This document shows positions 46,983 through 57,481 of a stretch of 64,000 nt of DNA, piece by piece (position 1 is the stretch's first letter; each line of letters opens with the position of its first letter). The DNA lies in NCBI GenBank assembly GCA_963697135.1, contig CAVOMZ010000007.1:209110-273109 (forward strand), written 5' to 3'. The DNA is from an uncultured Chloroflexia bacterium. Lineage in GTDB: Bacteria; Chloroflexota; Limnocylindria; Limnocylindrales; CSP1-4. The position numbers and the translations under genes were made by a program. The notes beneath the pieces were generated by a model. It was not told the DNA's origin. It searched no databases and saw only the letters and a program-made list of their open reading frames with translations.

Positions 46983-48626
46983 TCAGCGGCGTCGGCGAGC
47001 GTGCCGGCCGGTGGGCTTGCGGCTGTCAGCCATCGGGGCGAACCCGACGACCAGGGCCACGACCGCGAACAGGATCATCAGGAAACCGATGTTCGACGAG
47101 GAGCCCGACGGGGTCACCGGGTCGACCGTGCTGGTCGCCGGCGGCGTGATCCGCGGGGTCGCCGTGGCGGCTTCGACGCCACCGGTCGGCGTGGCGCTCG
47201 GGGTTGGCGTCACGACCGGCGTCGGCGTCGGCGTGGGCGTCGGGGTGGGCGTCGGCGTCGGGGTCGGCGTGGGCGTCGGCGTCGGCGTGGGCGTCGGGGT
47301 CGGCGTGGGCGTCGGCGTGGGCGTCGGCGTCGGGGTGGGCGTCGGCGTGGGCGTCGGCGTCGGCGTGGGCGTCGGCGTCGGCGTGGGCGTCGGGGTCGGC
47401 GTGGGCGTTGGGGTCGGCGTCGGGGTCGGCGTCGGCGTGGGCGTTGGGGTCGGCGTGGGCGTTGGGGTCGGCGTGGGCGTCGGGGTCGGCGTGGGCGTCG
47501 GGGTCGGATCGGCGACCGTCACGGTGGCCGAGTCGGTGTCGGTGACCTGGGTGTTGCCGTCCCAGCCGCTGGCGGTCGCGACGTTCGTCGTGGTCTGGGT
47601 CAGGTTGCTCGAGCAGGTGAACGACCAGGCCTCGGTCAGGTCGAGGGCGTTGTTGCTGTTGGCATCCCCGGACACGTAGCTGACCGAGGCGCACTTGTCG
47701 TCAGAGACGGTGACGTTGGTCAGGGCCACGTTGCCCACGTTCGTGACGGCGTAGGTGTAGGTGACGGAACCGCCGCCGGCCGGCAGGTTCTGGACGCTGG
47801 CCGACTTGTGGATCTCGATCGCCGGCCGGCAGGTGATGTCGGTCGTGATCTGGCTGAACACGTCCTGGAGGTCGCTGGCATTGACGACGTGGAAGTAGTT
47901 GGCGGCGGGCTTGGCGAGCGACTCCATCAGGGGCAGGTCGACCGCGTTCGAGCCGCTGCCGCCCTGGCCGATGGCGATCGAGTAGACAGCGTCGGCGGCA
48001 GCCTGGAAGTCGCTGATGTTCTGGGCCGTCGGCCGGGCGCCGCTTGGGCCGGTGTTATCCGGGTTCGGCCGGCCATCCGAGACGAAGATGATCACGTGCT
48101 GGACGGTCAGGTCGTTGGCCGTGGTCCGCTTGTGGGCGGTCATGTCGGCGGCGCCCTTGGCCATCCCCTGGCGGAGCGGCGTATCGCCGTTCGCGGTCAG
48201 GCCGTCGATCGCGCTGCCGACAGCCGACGCGCTGGAGGTCCCGAGGGCCAGGTTCGTCGTTGCGTTGTCGTTACCGAACGACGACAGGCCGACGTGATGC
48301 CGGCCGGAGCCGCCGACGCCGCCTTCACTGTTGAGCGTGTCGACGAGATCGTGGGCGGCGGCCTTGGCGTAGTACATCCGGACCTGGGGCGGGTTGCCCG
48401 AGGCGTTCTGGGTCTCGCCCATGCTGCCGGACCGGTCGATCACGAGCTCGACGTCGAGCGGGACGATGCCGCAGCCGGTGTCGGCCACGGCGTGGGGAGT
48501 GCTGGCCGCCGCCACCGCGCCCGTCGAGAACGGCACCGCGGCGGCGGCGAAGAAGAGAGCCGCCAGCGAACCGGCCAGCTGGCGGGCTCGAGGCGGCTTC
48601 CGGAAGGTCCTGGCAGAGGTCGACAT
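46983..48626 (-). CDS. Cell-surface von Willebrand factor A (VWA) domain protein with a Thr-Pro repeat stalk and a C-terminal TM anchor
   Basis: Signal peptide [44 protein letters not shown]...S.G...T. A region resembling a DUF11-type conserved repeat. About 45 tandem Thr-Pro repeats. Anchor [17 protein letters not shown] plus RRRR. Confidence 0.8.
   Translation of the reverse strand: MSTSARTFRKPPRARQLAGSLAALFFAAAAVPFSTGAVAAASTPHAVADTGCGIVPLDVELVIDRSGSMGETQNASGNPPQVRMYYAKAAAHDLVDTLNSEGGVGGSGRHHVGLSSFGNDNATTNLALGTSSASAVGSAIDGLTANGDTPLRQGMAKGAADMTAHKRTTANDLTVQHVIIFVSDGRPNPDNTGPSGARPTAQNISDFQAAADAVYSIAIGQGGSGSNAVDLPLMESLAKPAANYFHVVNASDLQDVFSQITTDITCRPAIEIHKSASVQNLPAGGGSVTYTYAVTNVGNVALTNVTVSDDKCASVSYVSGDANSNNALDLTEAWSFTCSSNLTQTTTNVATASGWDGNTQVTDTDSATVTVADPTPTPTPTPTPTPTPTPTPTPTPTPTPTPTPTPTPTPTPTPTPTPTPTPTPTPTPTPTPTPTPTPTPTPTPTPTPTPTPTPTPTPTPTPTPTPTPTPVVTPTPSATPTGGVEAATATPRITPPATSTVDPVTPSGSSSNIGFLMILFAVVALVVGFAPMADSRKPTGRHARRRR
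47215..47510. repeat. Hexanucleotide-based tandem repeat (GGCGTB GGBGTC)n encoding (Thr-Pro)n on the minus strand
   Basis: About 300 bp of near-perfect GTCGGCGTGGGC / GTCGGGGTCGGC units inside the VWA gene. It is coding, so not CRISPR. Confidence 0.85.
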
Positions 48627-48646
48627 GGTGCTCCTGGATGCCCGGC

Positions 48647-48672
48647 GGGATGAAGGTGGGATGAAGGTCCTG
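48647..48672 (-). promoter_or_regulatory. Tandem 11-bp direct repeat 15-40 bp upstream of the VWA gene start; candidate operator
   Basis: Plus strand GGGATGAAGGT GGGATGAAGGT. On the minus strand it is CCTTCATCCCA CCTTCATCCC, followed by GGAGCACC-ATG (an RBS-like GGAG). Confidence 0.2.
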
Positions 48673-48888
48673 GGAGGAGTCGGCCGGTGCGTGACCCTCG
48701 TACCAGTACCTTAGGTATGAGCGGACGCGGTTCAATCACGCAGACCGCAACCAACTGCACCAGCCCCGGCGGGCGTTGCCCGACCGCACCGGGACCAAGG
48801 TCATCCAGCCCTGAATTCGACGAAGCCGCCGGTAGTACCGACGGCCCCGTTCGTCCTGGCGCGAGATCTGCGGGTTAGCGGCCCTCGA

Positions 48889-50715
48889 TCAGGGGACGAT
48901 CAGGTGGACTGGGTTGCCGATGATCTGGGCCGTCCAGGTCGTGACGTCCTGGGACGTCCCGCTGCCGTTCATCGAATAGAGGATCTTCCACCAGCCGTTC
49001 TGCTGGGCCGTGTAGTTGGCCGGAATGGGCACGTCCATCGTCAGCCAGCAGCCGTTGAACAGGCCCAGCGATGCCCCGGTTGAGGTCTGGACCCCGCTGA
49101 CCTGGCTGCCCCCGCTCGAGTTCGAGTTGCAGGCGTTGTTCCGGTTGCCGTTCGTGGTCCCGGTCACGGCTGAGTAGGTGAACGGCGTGTTGCTCCAACC
49201 GGCTGCCGTCGGGATCTGGATGGAGAGTGTGGCGCTCAACGGGGAGGTGTCGCCGGGGTCCCAGAGGCTGAGCTCGAGGGTCTTGCCGGCGTAGAAGTTC
49301 GGGACCTGGGCGAGGTAGAAGGTCGAGCTGGACGTTCCCGAAAGCGGGGTGAACATCTGCATCGCGCCCAGGCCGTAGACCGTCGGTAGGAGGCCGTTGC
49401 TGGTCGTTCCCTGGGTGTCGTCGGCAAAGATCGCAAAGCTTTGCTCGCCGTCGGTGCTCTTCTGGTTGGCGGAGCCCGCCGTCGTATTCGGGGGCAGCGT
49501 GCCGGTCGTGTGGAGGCGGTAGACCGTGCCGTTGGCGCCGCCGGTCAAGCCGCTGTAGAGGAGATACCACGAGTCGTGATAGTTCAATCCGTTTGCGACC
49601 CCGCCCGTCTTGTAGACCGTGGTCACCTGCTTGCACTCGGTCGCGCCGCTGGGGATCGAGGCCGGCGGCGTCGGGTCGGGGTTCATCGTCGAATCGAAGC
49701 CGTTCTGGTCCTCGAAGAGGGTGCCTGACGTAGCCAGTCGGGTGTCATCCGTGTTGTCGTAGGGGGTGTTATTCGTGTTGAACAGCTCGTACCAGGAGCT
49801 GACCGGGTTGTTGCCGCCGAACCAGCGATCGCCCGTCCCGCTGGCGATGTCGGTTGCGCAGAAGGTTGGGTCGAAGACGAAGACCCGGCCACCGGTCGTA
49901 TTGGGCGGCATCGAGATCGCGTAGTTGTAGTAGTTCGTCGGGTCGTAGCAGGCGGTGATCCCTGAAGTGGTCCCGCACGTCTTGGCTGGCGAGCTCGTGG
50001 CCGTGTCGTAGAAAGGCTGGAACGCGTCACCATCAACGTTGTTGGCGCCCTCCGTGTTCATCGTCGCCCAGAACCCGCGCGGGTTCAGGGTTTGGCCGCC
50101 GGTGTCCTTGAAGCAATTGGCGAGGCCGTTTGCGCACACCGCCCCGGGTCCGCTGAGGGTCGTCTGGCCGCTGGGCGTCGTCACCAGCGCCCCGTTGAAG
50201 GTCTGGTTGCGGACGACGCCGAAGTTGCCGTAGTAGTTCTCCGGGCTGCCCATTGGAACGGGCAGGGTGAAGAGGGCCTTCGAGCTCCGGGTCGACTGGA
50301 TCTTCTGGATCCCGAAGATCCGCATGAAGAACGTGTTGACCGGGGCGCTGATCGTGACGTCCATCTGGTTCTTGACCGTGCCGTCCTGGACGGCCGAGAT
50401 CGTGACCCCGCCGCCCGGGACATAGCCATTCTTCTTGGCTTCGGCCAGGGCATCGGCCGTGCCGCTCGACGGTGCACCGGGCAGGTCGACCGCGCCGGCC
50501 AGGGCGGCGGAATCGGCGGCCCGCTGAATTCGGAGCGAGTTGCTCCAATACCAGCTGACGTCGATCACGAGGGCAATGAAGCCCATCAGGACGAAGATCG
50601 ACAGGACGAGCAGGACGAGGATCTGGCCGCGCTGGGTCCGCGTCCTCGGCTGCCGAATGGCCGCTGACCTGGCGCGCAGACGGGCTGCAGGAGTCGAGGG
50701 CACGGTCGTACTCAC
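48889..50715 (-). CDS. Large TadG-like pseudopilin-family protein (Tad N-terminal domain plus large extracellular domain), copy 1
   Basis: The GTG start overlaps the upstream TadE stop by 1 nt. N-terminus ...RTQRGQILVLLVLSIFVLMGFIALVIDVSWYWSNSLRIQRAADSAALAGAVDLPG. C-terminus ...TWTAQIIGNPVHLIVP. Confidence 0.75.
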   Translation of the reverse strand: MSTTVPSTPAARLRARSAAIRQPRTRTQRGQILVLLVLSIFVLMGFIALVIDVSWYWSNSLRIQRAADSAALAGAVDLPGAPSSGTADALAEAKKNGYVPGGGVTISAVQDGTVKNQMDVTISAPVNTFFMRIFGIQKIQSTRSSKALFTLPVPMGSPENYYGNFGVVRNQTFNGALVTTPSGQTTLSGPGAVCANGLANCFKDTGGQTLNPRGFWATMNTEGANNVDGDAFQPFYDTATSSPAKTCGTTSGITACYDPTNYYNYAISMPPNTTGGRVFVFDPTFCATDIASGTGDRWFGGNNPVSSWYELFNTNNTPYDNTDDTRLATSGTLFEDQNGFDSTMNPDPTPPASIPSGATECKQVTTVYKTGGVANGLNYHDSWYLLYSGLTGGANGTVYRLHTTGTLPPNTTAGSANQKSTDGEQSFAIFADDTQGTTSNGLLPTVYGLGAMQMFTPLSGTSSSTFYLAQVPNFYAGKTLELSLWDPGDTSPLSATLSIQIPTAAGWSNTPFTYSAVTGTTNGNRNNACNSNSSGGSQVSGVQTSTGASLGLFNGCWLTMDVPIPANYTAQQNGWWKILYSMNGSGTSQDVTTWTAQIIGNPVHLIVP

Positions 50716-51368
50716 TAGTTCGAGGTTGGGTTGAACTGCATGATGGTTGCGTCGGTCATCGGGATCGTCGCCGCCTGGTTGCCCCCGATCAGCTTCAGCG
50801 CACCGGCCAGCGGCGTCGTCAGCTTGTAGGTGTAGGTGATCGAGATCCCGATCGAGTCGACCGCCCCGGCAAACGTGTGGCCATCGACGTTCGAGCGCGA
50901 GCAGACGCTCCAGCTGTTGGAGCCACCCGGCTTGAAGTTCAGGACGATGCCGTTGGCGTCGGTGAAGGGCGACGCCGTATAGACCCAGTCGTTGTCCTTG
51001 CCCAGGGTGTCGCCGCCGTTGCTGTCGGCCTGGAAGATCCGGATCCTGCCGACCTGTGACAGGGGGATCGGTGAGCCCGTCGAGGCGAGGATCCGGTCGA
51101 CGGCCTCGACGATCGTTGGGTCGACCTTGGTCCCATTCGGGCAGCCCGTGCCGCCGCCGTCGACGAGATCCGCCCCGATCCGGGCGCCCTCGCGGGTCGC
51201 GTACTGGAGGGTCAGCTGGTGGTTGAAGGCAAAGCCGAGCTCGAGCATGCCCAGCAGGAGGATCATGAACAGCGGGACCATGAGCGAGAACTCGACCAGG
51301 CCCTGTCCCCGCTGGGTGGCCCGGCGGCGGCGAGTTGTCCAAGCGATCCGGCGAATCGGGCCGGTCAC
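50715..51368 (-). CDS. TadE-like pseudopilin, copy 1
   Basis: QRGQGLVEFSLMVPLFMILLLGMLELGFAF (G/xxxxEF prepilin-type motif plus a hydrophobic helix), 217 aa. Confidence 0.8.
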   Translation of the reverse strand: MTGPIRRIAWTTRRRRATQRGQGLVEFSLMVPLFMILLLGMLELGFAFNHQLTLQYATREGARIGADLVDGGGTGCPNGTKVDPTIVEAVDRILASTGSPIPLSQVGRIRIFQADSNGGDTLGKDNDWVYTASPFTDANGIVLNFKPGGSNSWSVCSRSNVDGHTFAGAVDSIGISITYTYKLTTPLAGALKLIGGNQAATIPMTDATIMQFNPTSN

Positions 51369-52037
51369 AGGATCGGCTCCATCCGCATCTCATTCGAACG
51401 GGTGATCGTGAAGTTCCCGGTCGGCAGCGGCACGAAGTTCATCAGCGGCGTATGCCAGTTGTACGTGTAGGCGACCTGGACGCCGATCGTGTCGCGGGTT
51501 CGGAGCGTGTTGTTCGGGCAGCCGAGCGATGTAGTCACAGCGGCCGCCCGCACCGCTGACGAGGTTGGGCAGGCCCTCGGGATAGTTCGTGGTCGTCAGC
51601 TTGAAGGGCGTCGTGGCCGAGCCGCCGTACAGGCTGCAATCGGTTGTGGGCGACGTGCTGTGGACCCAGGTATTGCCCGAGGTGGTCACGTTGCCCGTCC
51701 ACGGGCCGCCGGATGAGTTTGCCCGGTAGATGACGATCGAGCTGATGTTCGCCGCCACGACCGGCGGGTTCATGTCGGCCAGGACCTGCTTGATGATCTG
51801 GCAGTCGGCGCCCGCGTTCGAGCCGGCCTCGGCCCCGATCAACGAGGCGTCGCGCGTGGCGTAGTTCTCGCTGAGCACGGCGTTGAAGGCGAAGGCGAAC
51901 TCGATCGTGGCCAGGAGCAGGATCAGGAAGAGCGGGAAGACAAGCGCGAACTCGACCAGCGACTGTCCATCAGACCTGGACGATCGGCGGCGTCGGCTGA
52001 GAGTCGGGCGATGCATGGTCTCCGAAGTCCTGGGCAC
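51365..52037 (-). CDS. TadE-like pseudopilin, copy 2. Frame shift near 51545.
   Basis: SDGQSLVEFALVFPLFLILLLATIEFAFAF. C-terminus in ORF 51365..51553 ...VQVAYTYNWHTPLMNFVPLPTGNFTITRSNEMRMEPIL*. Confidence 0.7.
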
Positions 52038-52264
52038 GGCTGGAGGAGTTGATAGGTTATCGACGGCGATGGTCCGGTCGACCCATCACCGCTTCATAGG
52101 ACCAAGGTCCCAGCGGGGAACGCGAAGACTACGGAGCCTACCTTGCAGACGACCTTGAGAGAAAGAGCCCGGCCCGAGCGTGGAACGCGGTTCGCGTTGC
52201 CCGGTGGCAACAAGCCGGCTGGCGTCAGCCAAAGCGCCCAGGCGGCCTAGGGCCGGGCGTCTTC

Positions 52265-54012
52265 CTAGGGCACGATCAGGTGGACCGGATTGCCCCGGAC
52301 GCTGACCCGCCAGGTCGTCGTGTCGTTCGACTGGACCCCTGATGCGATCCGGTAGTCGATCTTCCACCAGCCCGCCTCCGACTCGCCGTGGGGGGTCAGG
52401 CCACTGCTGCCGTACGTGGCGGGCAGGGGGATCAGGATCGTCAGCCACGAGTCGTCGAAGGGATGGCCTCCGCCCGGGAACGTGGCCGTGATCGAATTGA
52501 CCGCCGCGCCTGAACAGTTCGAGCCGATCGCGTTGTTGCATTGCGCGTCGGCCGTGTAGTTGAAGGTCGGGTTGGAATAGACGTTGCCGTCGGGGTCCTC
52601 GACGAACAGCGTCGCCGTGCCCTTGACGTCACCGACGTCGAAGAGGTCGATCTCGAGGGTCTTGCCGGCGTCGATCGCCGGGATCTGGGCCAGGTAGAAG
52701 ACCTGGTCGCCGCCGGCCACGTTGTTGTAGGCGACCATCGAGCCTTCGCCGTGGACCTGCGGGCTGGCCGCCCCGGCAGCCGTCACCTCGAGCGAGTACA
52801 TGTTCTCGGCATTGACGTTGGCGTTGACCGACGGATCGAGGACGTCGTGGCCGCCGTCGCGCGACGTGTCGACCTTGGTCGTGGTCACCTGCAGCTCATA
52901 CTCGCCGGCAGGCAGCCCGCCGGCCATCGTCCACCAGCGGTCGTGGAACGGGTCGTGGGCGCCGCTCGTCGGGCAGGCGCCGGCGGTACCCGTGTAGTCC
53001 AGCCCTGGGTCGCCCCCGGTGTTCGCCTCGAACTGGCTGCCCGAGGTCGCCACGAGCGAGTACTCGTTCGTCGCCAGCGGGTTGCCGTGGGTGTCCCACA
53101 GGTTGTACCAGGTCGAGACGGGGTTCTGCGGGCCACCGATCCAGTGGTCGCCGACGCCCCAGTCGCCCTTCGTGTCGCCGGGCTTGGCGTCGCCCGAATC
53201 GACCGAGCAGAAGCCCGGGTCGAAGACGTGGACGCTGCCATTGCCATCGCCGGGCGGGACGAGCACCTCGTAGTAGACGCCGGCCGGGCTGTAGCTCGGG
53301 TTGCCGCCCCGGGCGGCGTCGGAGGTCGGGTCGAACGCGTCCCCGTTCGAGGCGTCGCCGCCCTTGCGTGATCGCCGACACCGAAGAAGCCCTGGCTGGG
53401 GATCTGGGCGGGCGCCGTCGGGCCGGTCGGCGGCGAGGGGTTCGACCGGCTCGCATCCGGGATCCCGCTCGGCCCATTCGATCCGCCGCCGGCACAGGCC
53501 GGCTCGGGGCCGGTCGGGGTTCGGAGGCAGCCGACCCCGTACCAGGCCTGGGGACTGCCCATCGGCACGGGCAGGACGTAGACCGCCTTCGAGGTCCGAG
53601 TGGCCGTGATCGTGTCGAGCCCGAAGACGCGCATGAAGAACGTGTTGACCGGCTCGGAGATCGTGACGTCAAGCTGGCGGTCGTTGGCCGGGTCGGGATA
53701 GGCGCACATCCCGGGCACGCTGGCGGGGCTGACCCCGTCGGCGCCGCAGCCGTTGGTGACGACGTAGCCGTTCTGGCCGGCGGCCGTGGCGGCCGTGGCC
53801 TCGCCTCGGGCCACGTCGGCCGGGAGATTGACCACGCCGGCCAGGGCGGCAGCGTCGGCCGCGCGCTGAACCCGCAGGCTGTTCGCCCAGAACCAGGAGA
53901 TGTCGACGACGATCGCGCAGAAGCCCAGCAGGACGACGATCGCGGCGGCAAAGATCACCAGGATCTGGCCTCGCTGTCGGGGGCTCCGGGCGGGCGGGAG
54001 GCTGACGGTCAT
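52265..54012 (-). CDS. Large TadG-like protein, copy 2. Frame shift near 53260-53400.
   Basis: ATG at 54012: MTVSLPPARSPRQRGQILVIFAAAIVVLLGFCAIVVDISWFWANSLRVQRAADAAALAGVVNLP. C-terminal half in ORF 52265..53266 ending ...RVSVRGNPVHLIVP. Confidence 0.7.
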
Positions 54013-54026
54013 CGTGCTCAGCGCTC

Positions 54027-54640
54027 CTAGCTCGAGCCCGGGTTGAGCTGCATGACCGTCCGGTCGGTGATCGTCAGGGTCGGGTTGCCCCCGCCGAAGA
54101 AGCCCTCGATCGTGGCCAGCGGCGTCTGGAAGTGGTACGTGTACGACACGCTTACCCCGATCGAGTCGATCCGCGGGGCGACGTTGCTCCGACTGCAGGC
54201 CGGCCAGGCGTCGCCGCCGGGGAACGAGGAATTCGACGAAATCGAGCGGCTGGGTATCGCCCGCCGGCACGGGCCCGGCGCCGGGGGCGTAGGTCCAGAC
54301 GTCCTCCAGCCCCTGGTCATTCGCTCCGGTGGTGGGGTCGGCCTTGTAGATCACGATCCGGGAGACGTTGGCGACCAGGACCTGCGAGCCCGGCGAGGTG
54401 AGCACCCGCTCGACGGCGGCGACGACCAGGGGATCGACCGTCTGCCAGCTGGCCGCTCCGGGGCAGCCCAGCGGACCGCCACCGTTATCCAGGGCGGCTC
54501 CCGCCCGGGCACCCTCGCGAGTCGCGTATTCGATCGTCAGATCGTGGCTGAACACGAACCCGAACTCGATCATGCCCAGCAGGATCAGCAGGAAGACGGG
54601 CAGGATCAGGGCGAACTCGACGAGGCCCTGACCGCGCTGC
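54027..54640 (-). CDS. TadE-like pseudopilin, copy 3. Frame shift; start codon unclear.
   Basis: Reverse-complement translation ...SGQRGQGLVEFALILPVFLLILLGMIEFGFVF, then ...YATREGARAGAALDNGGG..., and a C-terminus ...GVSVSYTYHFQTPLATIEGFFGGGNPTLTITDRTVMQLNPGSS*. Confidence 0.55.
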
Positions 54641-54676
54641 CCGCTTGAACTCCCGTCCGGCGCCGGCGGGCCAGCC

Positions 54677-55336
54677 TCACAGGACCGGCTCCATCCGCAT
54701 CGGGTTGGACTCGGTCAGCGTCCAGCCGTTGCCGAGCAGGCCGAGCAGGCCGTGGAGGGGCGTCCGCCAGGAGTCGTGGTAGGTGATCGCGACAGCGATC
54801 GTGTCAGGCCCAGGGTGGCCGGGCAGGCAGCCCTCGCTCGTTCCGCCGATGTCGTTGCAGCGGGCCGAGTCCGGGTAGGTGGCCGGGCCGTCGAGCGAGT
54901 AGGGCACGGTCTTGCTCGTGCCGTCGGGGAGCCGGCACGTCGTCGTGCCCGTCCGGCTGTACGAGTCCACGGCCTGGCCCGGCCCGGCAGTGACGTTCCC
55001 GTTCGGGTCGAGCAGCTGGCCGGTGCTGCTCGTCCAGTAGATCTGGACCTCGGTGATGTTCGCGGCGCTCGCCGGAGCGCTCACGTCCTGCTCGACCTTG
55101 GCCAGGATCTGGCAGTCCGCCCCCAGCCCGTTGCCGGCCTCGGCCCCGATCAGGGCGGCGTCTCGCGAGGCGTAGTTGATCGAGAGCAGGCCGTTCATCA
55201 GGAAGGCGAACTCGATCAGGCCCATCAGCAGGACGAGGAAGACCGGGATGACCAGGGCGAACTCGACCAGCGCCTGGCCATCCGGCGCGGATCGGTCGGC
55301 GGGCCGGTGACGAAGTCGGCGGTCCAGGGTCGGCAT
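54677..55336 (-). CDS. TadE-like pseudopilin, copy 4
   Basis: ATG at 55336: MPTLDRRLRHRPADRSAPDGQALVEFALVIPVFLVLLMGLIEFAFLMN... C-terminus ...TESNPMRMEPVL*. Confidence 0.75.
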   Translation of the reverse strand: MPTLDRRLRHRPADRSAPDGQALVEFALVIPVFLVLLMGLIEFAFLMNGLLSINYASRDAALIGAEAGNGLGADCQILAKVEQDVSAPASAANITEVQIYWTSSTGQLLDPNGNVTAGPGQAVDSYSRTGTTTCRLPDGTSKTVPYSLDGPATYPDSARCNDIGGTSEGCLPGHPGPDTIAVAITYHDSWRTPLHGLLGLLGNGWTLTESNPMRMEPVL

Positions 55337-55694
55337 GTTCGAGTGTGGCGGGGCCATTGCGCTGCGGCCGGCCCGTCCACCGGGCGGCCGATGGCAGGCG
55401 CGGACTATCGCCCGGTCCGCCGAACCCGCGAACAATAGGCAAGCTGCCGTATTGCGCGGCCCGGTCAGGCCGCCGAGGCCCTGTCGGGCGCCGCGGCGCG
55501 GGGCTCGCGCGGGCAGGGGCTTCTGCGGCGGGGATACCACGGGACTAGCAGCGCCTCGAGCCGGACGGCTCTCAGCCGGCTCGCCAGGCCCCGCCGGGCC
55601 TACCCGCCAAGCTACCTGTCAATGAGGATGTCTACTGGATATCCTCGGGCGCCTCCGGACGAACCCGGCTCCGCGGGATCCCCTAGCTACGAGC

Positions 55695-57428
55695 TCAGGG
55701 CACCACGAGGTGGACCGGGTTGCCCAGGACGTTGACCTCCCAGGTCGTGAGGTCGCTGCCGCCGCCGACGGTGTAGGTGACCTTCCACCAGCCGGCCTGG
55801 CTCTCGCCGGTTGGGGTCAGGCCGACGGAGCCGTAGCTCGAGGGCAGCGGGACGAGGATCTTGAGCCAGGAGTTCTGGTAGAAGCTGCCTCCGGAGGTGG
55901 CATTGGGGCAGCCCGCCGGTGGGGTGAGGCCGGAGGTGGACCCGCCGTTGGCCTGGATGCAGGTCACGTTCGTGCCCGAGGTGTGGCCCGACGAGGCGTT
56001 CGAGTCGGCCGTGTACGAGAACGTCGCCGGGGTGTACACGTTGTTGTCCGGGTCGAGGATCTGGAGCCAGGCCCCGCCATTCACGTCGCCCACGTCGAAC
56101 AGGTCGATCTCGAGGGTCTTGCCCGCGGCGGTCTGGTCGATCTGGGCCAGGTAGAACGTCTGGCTGCCCAGGGCCAGGTTGTTGTAGGCGGCCATCCGGC
56201 CGCCGCCGTAGACGGCCGGCGAGCCGCCGCCGGTGGCCATGATCGAGAACATGTTCTCGGCATTGGTGCTGGCGTTGATCGACGCGTTCGACGGGTTGGT
56301 CGTGCTGATCTGGACCCGGTACGTGCCGGCCGACAGCCCGCTCGCGGTCGAGCCGTTGCCGGAGCCGACCAGCCACCACTTGTCGTGGTAGGCGCTCGCT
56401 CCGCAGTCGGTCACGCCACCGCCGACGGCCGGGCCGCCGTTCGTCACGTCCGAGCCCTGCTGGTTCTCGAAGAGCGTGCCGGAGCTGGCGACGAGGACGT
56501 CATCGGCGGTGGTGAAGGCCGTGCCGTTCGTGTTGTAGACGCTGTAGTAGGTCGAGACGGCATTCGTGCCGCTCAGCCAGTGGTCGCCGGCGCCCTGGGG
56601 CAGGCCGGCCGCGTTGTTGCCCATCGCACAGAAGGCAGGGTCGAAGACATAGATGGCCCCGCCGCCGGAGGTGAACTTCACGGCGTACGAGTAGCCGTTC
56701 GGGTCGTAGTTGGCATTCGCCCCGCACGATGAGCCGCAGCTCGTGTTGTTGTTCTCGGGCGAGAAGGCGTCACCGTTGGACTGGTTGCCGCCGCGGGTCT
56801 GGACCGAGCCCCAGAAGCCCTGGCTGTTCAGCTGCGAGCCCGTGAACACGGTTCCGCTCGTCGAAAGGGGCACCCCGCTGGCCCCGTTGCTCTGGCCGAC
56901 CGTATTGCACGTCGCATGGGTCGCGCTCAGGTCGAAGCAGCCGACCCCGTAGTAGGCCTGCGGGCTGCCCATCGGCACCGGCTGGACGTAGATCGCCTTC
57001 GAGGTCCGGGTGGCAGTGATCGTATTGAGCCCGAAGATCCGCATGAAGAACGTCTGGACCGGGGCCGAGACCGTGACGTCGAGCTGGCGCGGGTCGGTCC
57101 CACCGTTGAGCGAATCCTGGATCGGGGTGACCGTCACCCCTCCCCCGGCCGTGTAACCGTTCTTGGTTGCCTCGGCAATCGCGTAGGAGTAGGCACTGGC
57201 GGTGTTCCCGGGCAGGTAGACCGCTCCGGCCAGGGCGGCCGCATCGGCCGTTCGCTGGACGCGCAGGCTGTTGGCCCAATACCAGGACACGTCGACGACG
57301 ATCGCGACGATGCCGATCAGGGCCACGATCGCGCCCGCGAAGATCACCAGGACCTGGCCTTGCTGGGCCTTCGTCCGGCGCCGGTTCGTGACCGGTCGAG
57401 GCAGGCGGCGATTCGAGTTCAGGCGCAT
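55695..57428 (-). CDS. Large TadG-like protein, copy 3 (intact)
   Basis: 577 aa. ...KAQQGQVLVIFAGAIVALIGIVAIVVDVSWYWANSLRVQRTADAAALAGAVYLPG...EVNVLGNPVHLVVP. Confidence 0.8.
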   Translation of the reverse strand: MRLNSNRRLPRPVTNRRRTKAQQGQVLVIFAGAIVALIGIVAIVVDVSWYWANSLRVQRTADAAALAGAVYLPGNTASAYSYAIAEATKNGYTAGGGVTVTPIQDSLNGGTDPRQLDVTVSAPVQTFFMRIFGLNTITATRTSKAIYVQPVPMGSPQAYYGVGCFDLSATHATCNTVGQSNGASGVPLSTSGTVFTGSQLNSQGFWGSVQTRGGNQSNGDAFSPENNNTSCGSSCGANANYDPNGYSYAVKFTSGGGAIYVFDPAFCAMGNNAAGLPQGAGDHWLSGTNAVSTYYSVYNTNGTAFTTADDVLVASSGTLFENQQGSDVTNGGPAVGGGVTDCGASAYHDKWWLVGSGNGSTASGLSAGTYRVQISTTNPSNASINASTNAENMFSIMATGGGSPAVYGGGRMAAYNNLALGSQTFYLAQIDQTAAGKTLEIDLFDVGDVNGGAWLQILDPDNNVYTPATFSYTADSNASSGHTSGTNVTCIQANGGSTSGLTPPAGCPNATSGGSFYQNSWLKILVPLPSSYGSVGLTPTGESQAGWWKVTYTVGGGSDLTTWEVNVLGNPVHLVVP

Positions 57429-57481
57429 GGAGTCAATCTCGAGTACGGGCGGGGTGAGATCACGTTCCGCCGGACGTGAGG

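Noticed and set aside
47215-47510. Possible CRISPR array (regular short repeats)
   Set aside because: The units are 6-12 bp with no unique spacers, and they lie inside a coding frame, encoding (TP)n. This is a coding microsatellite, not CRISPR.
47001-48653. 550-aa plus-strand ORF of R/G repeats
   Set aside because: It is the antisense of the VWA gene. The RRRGRRG repeats are the complement of the Thr-Pro coding repeat.
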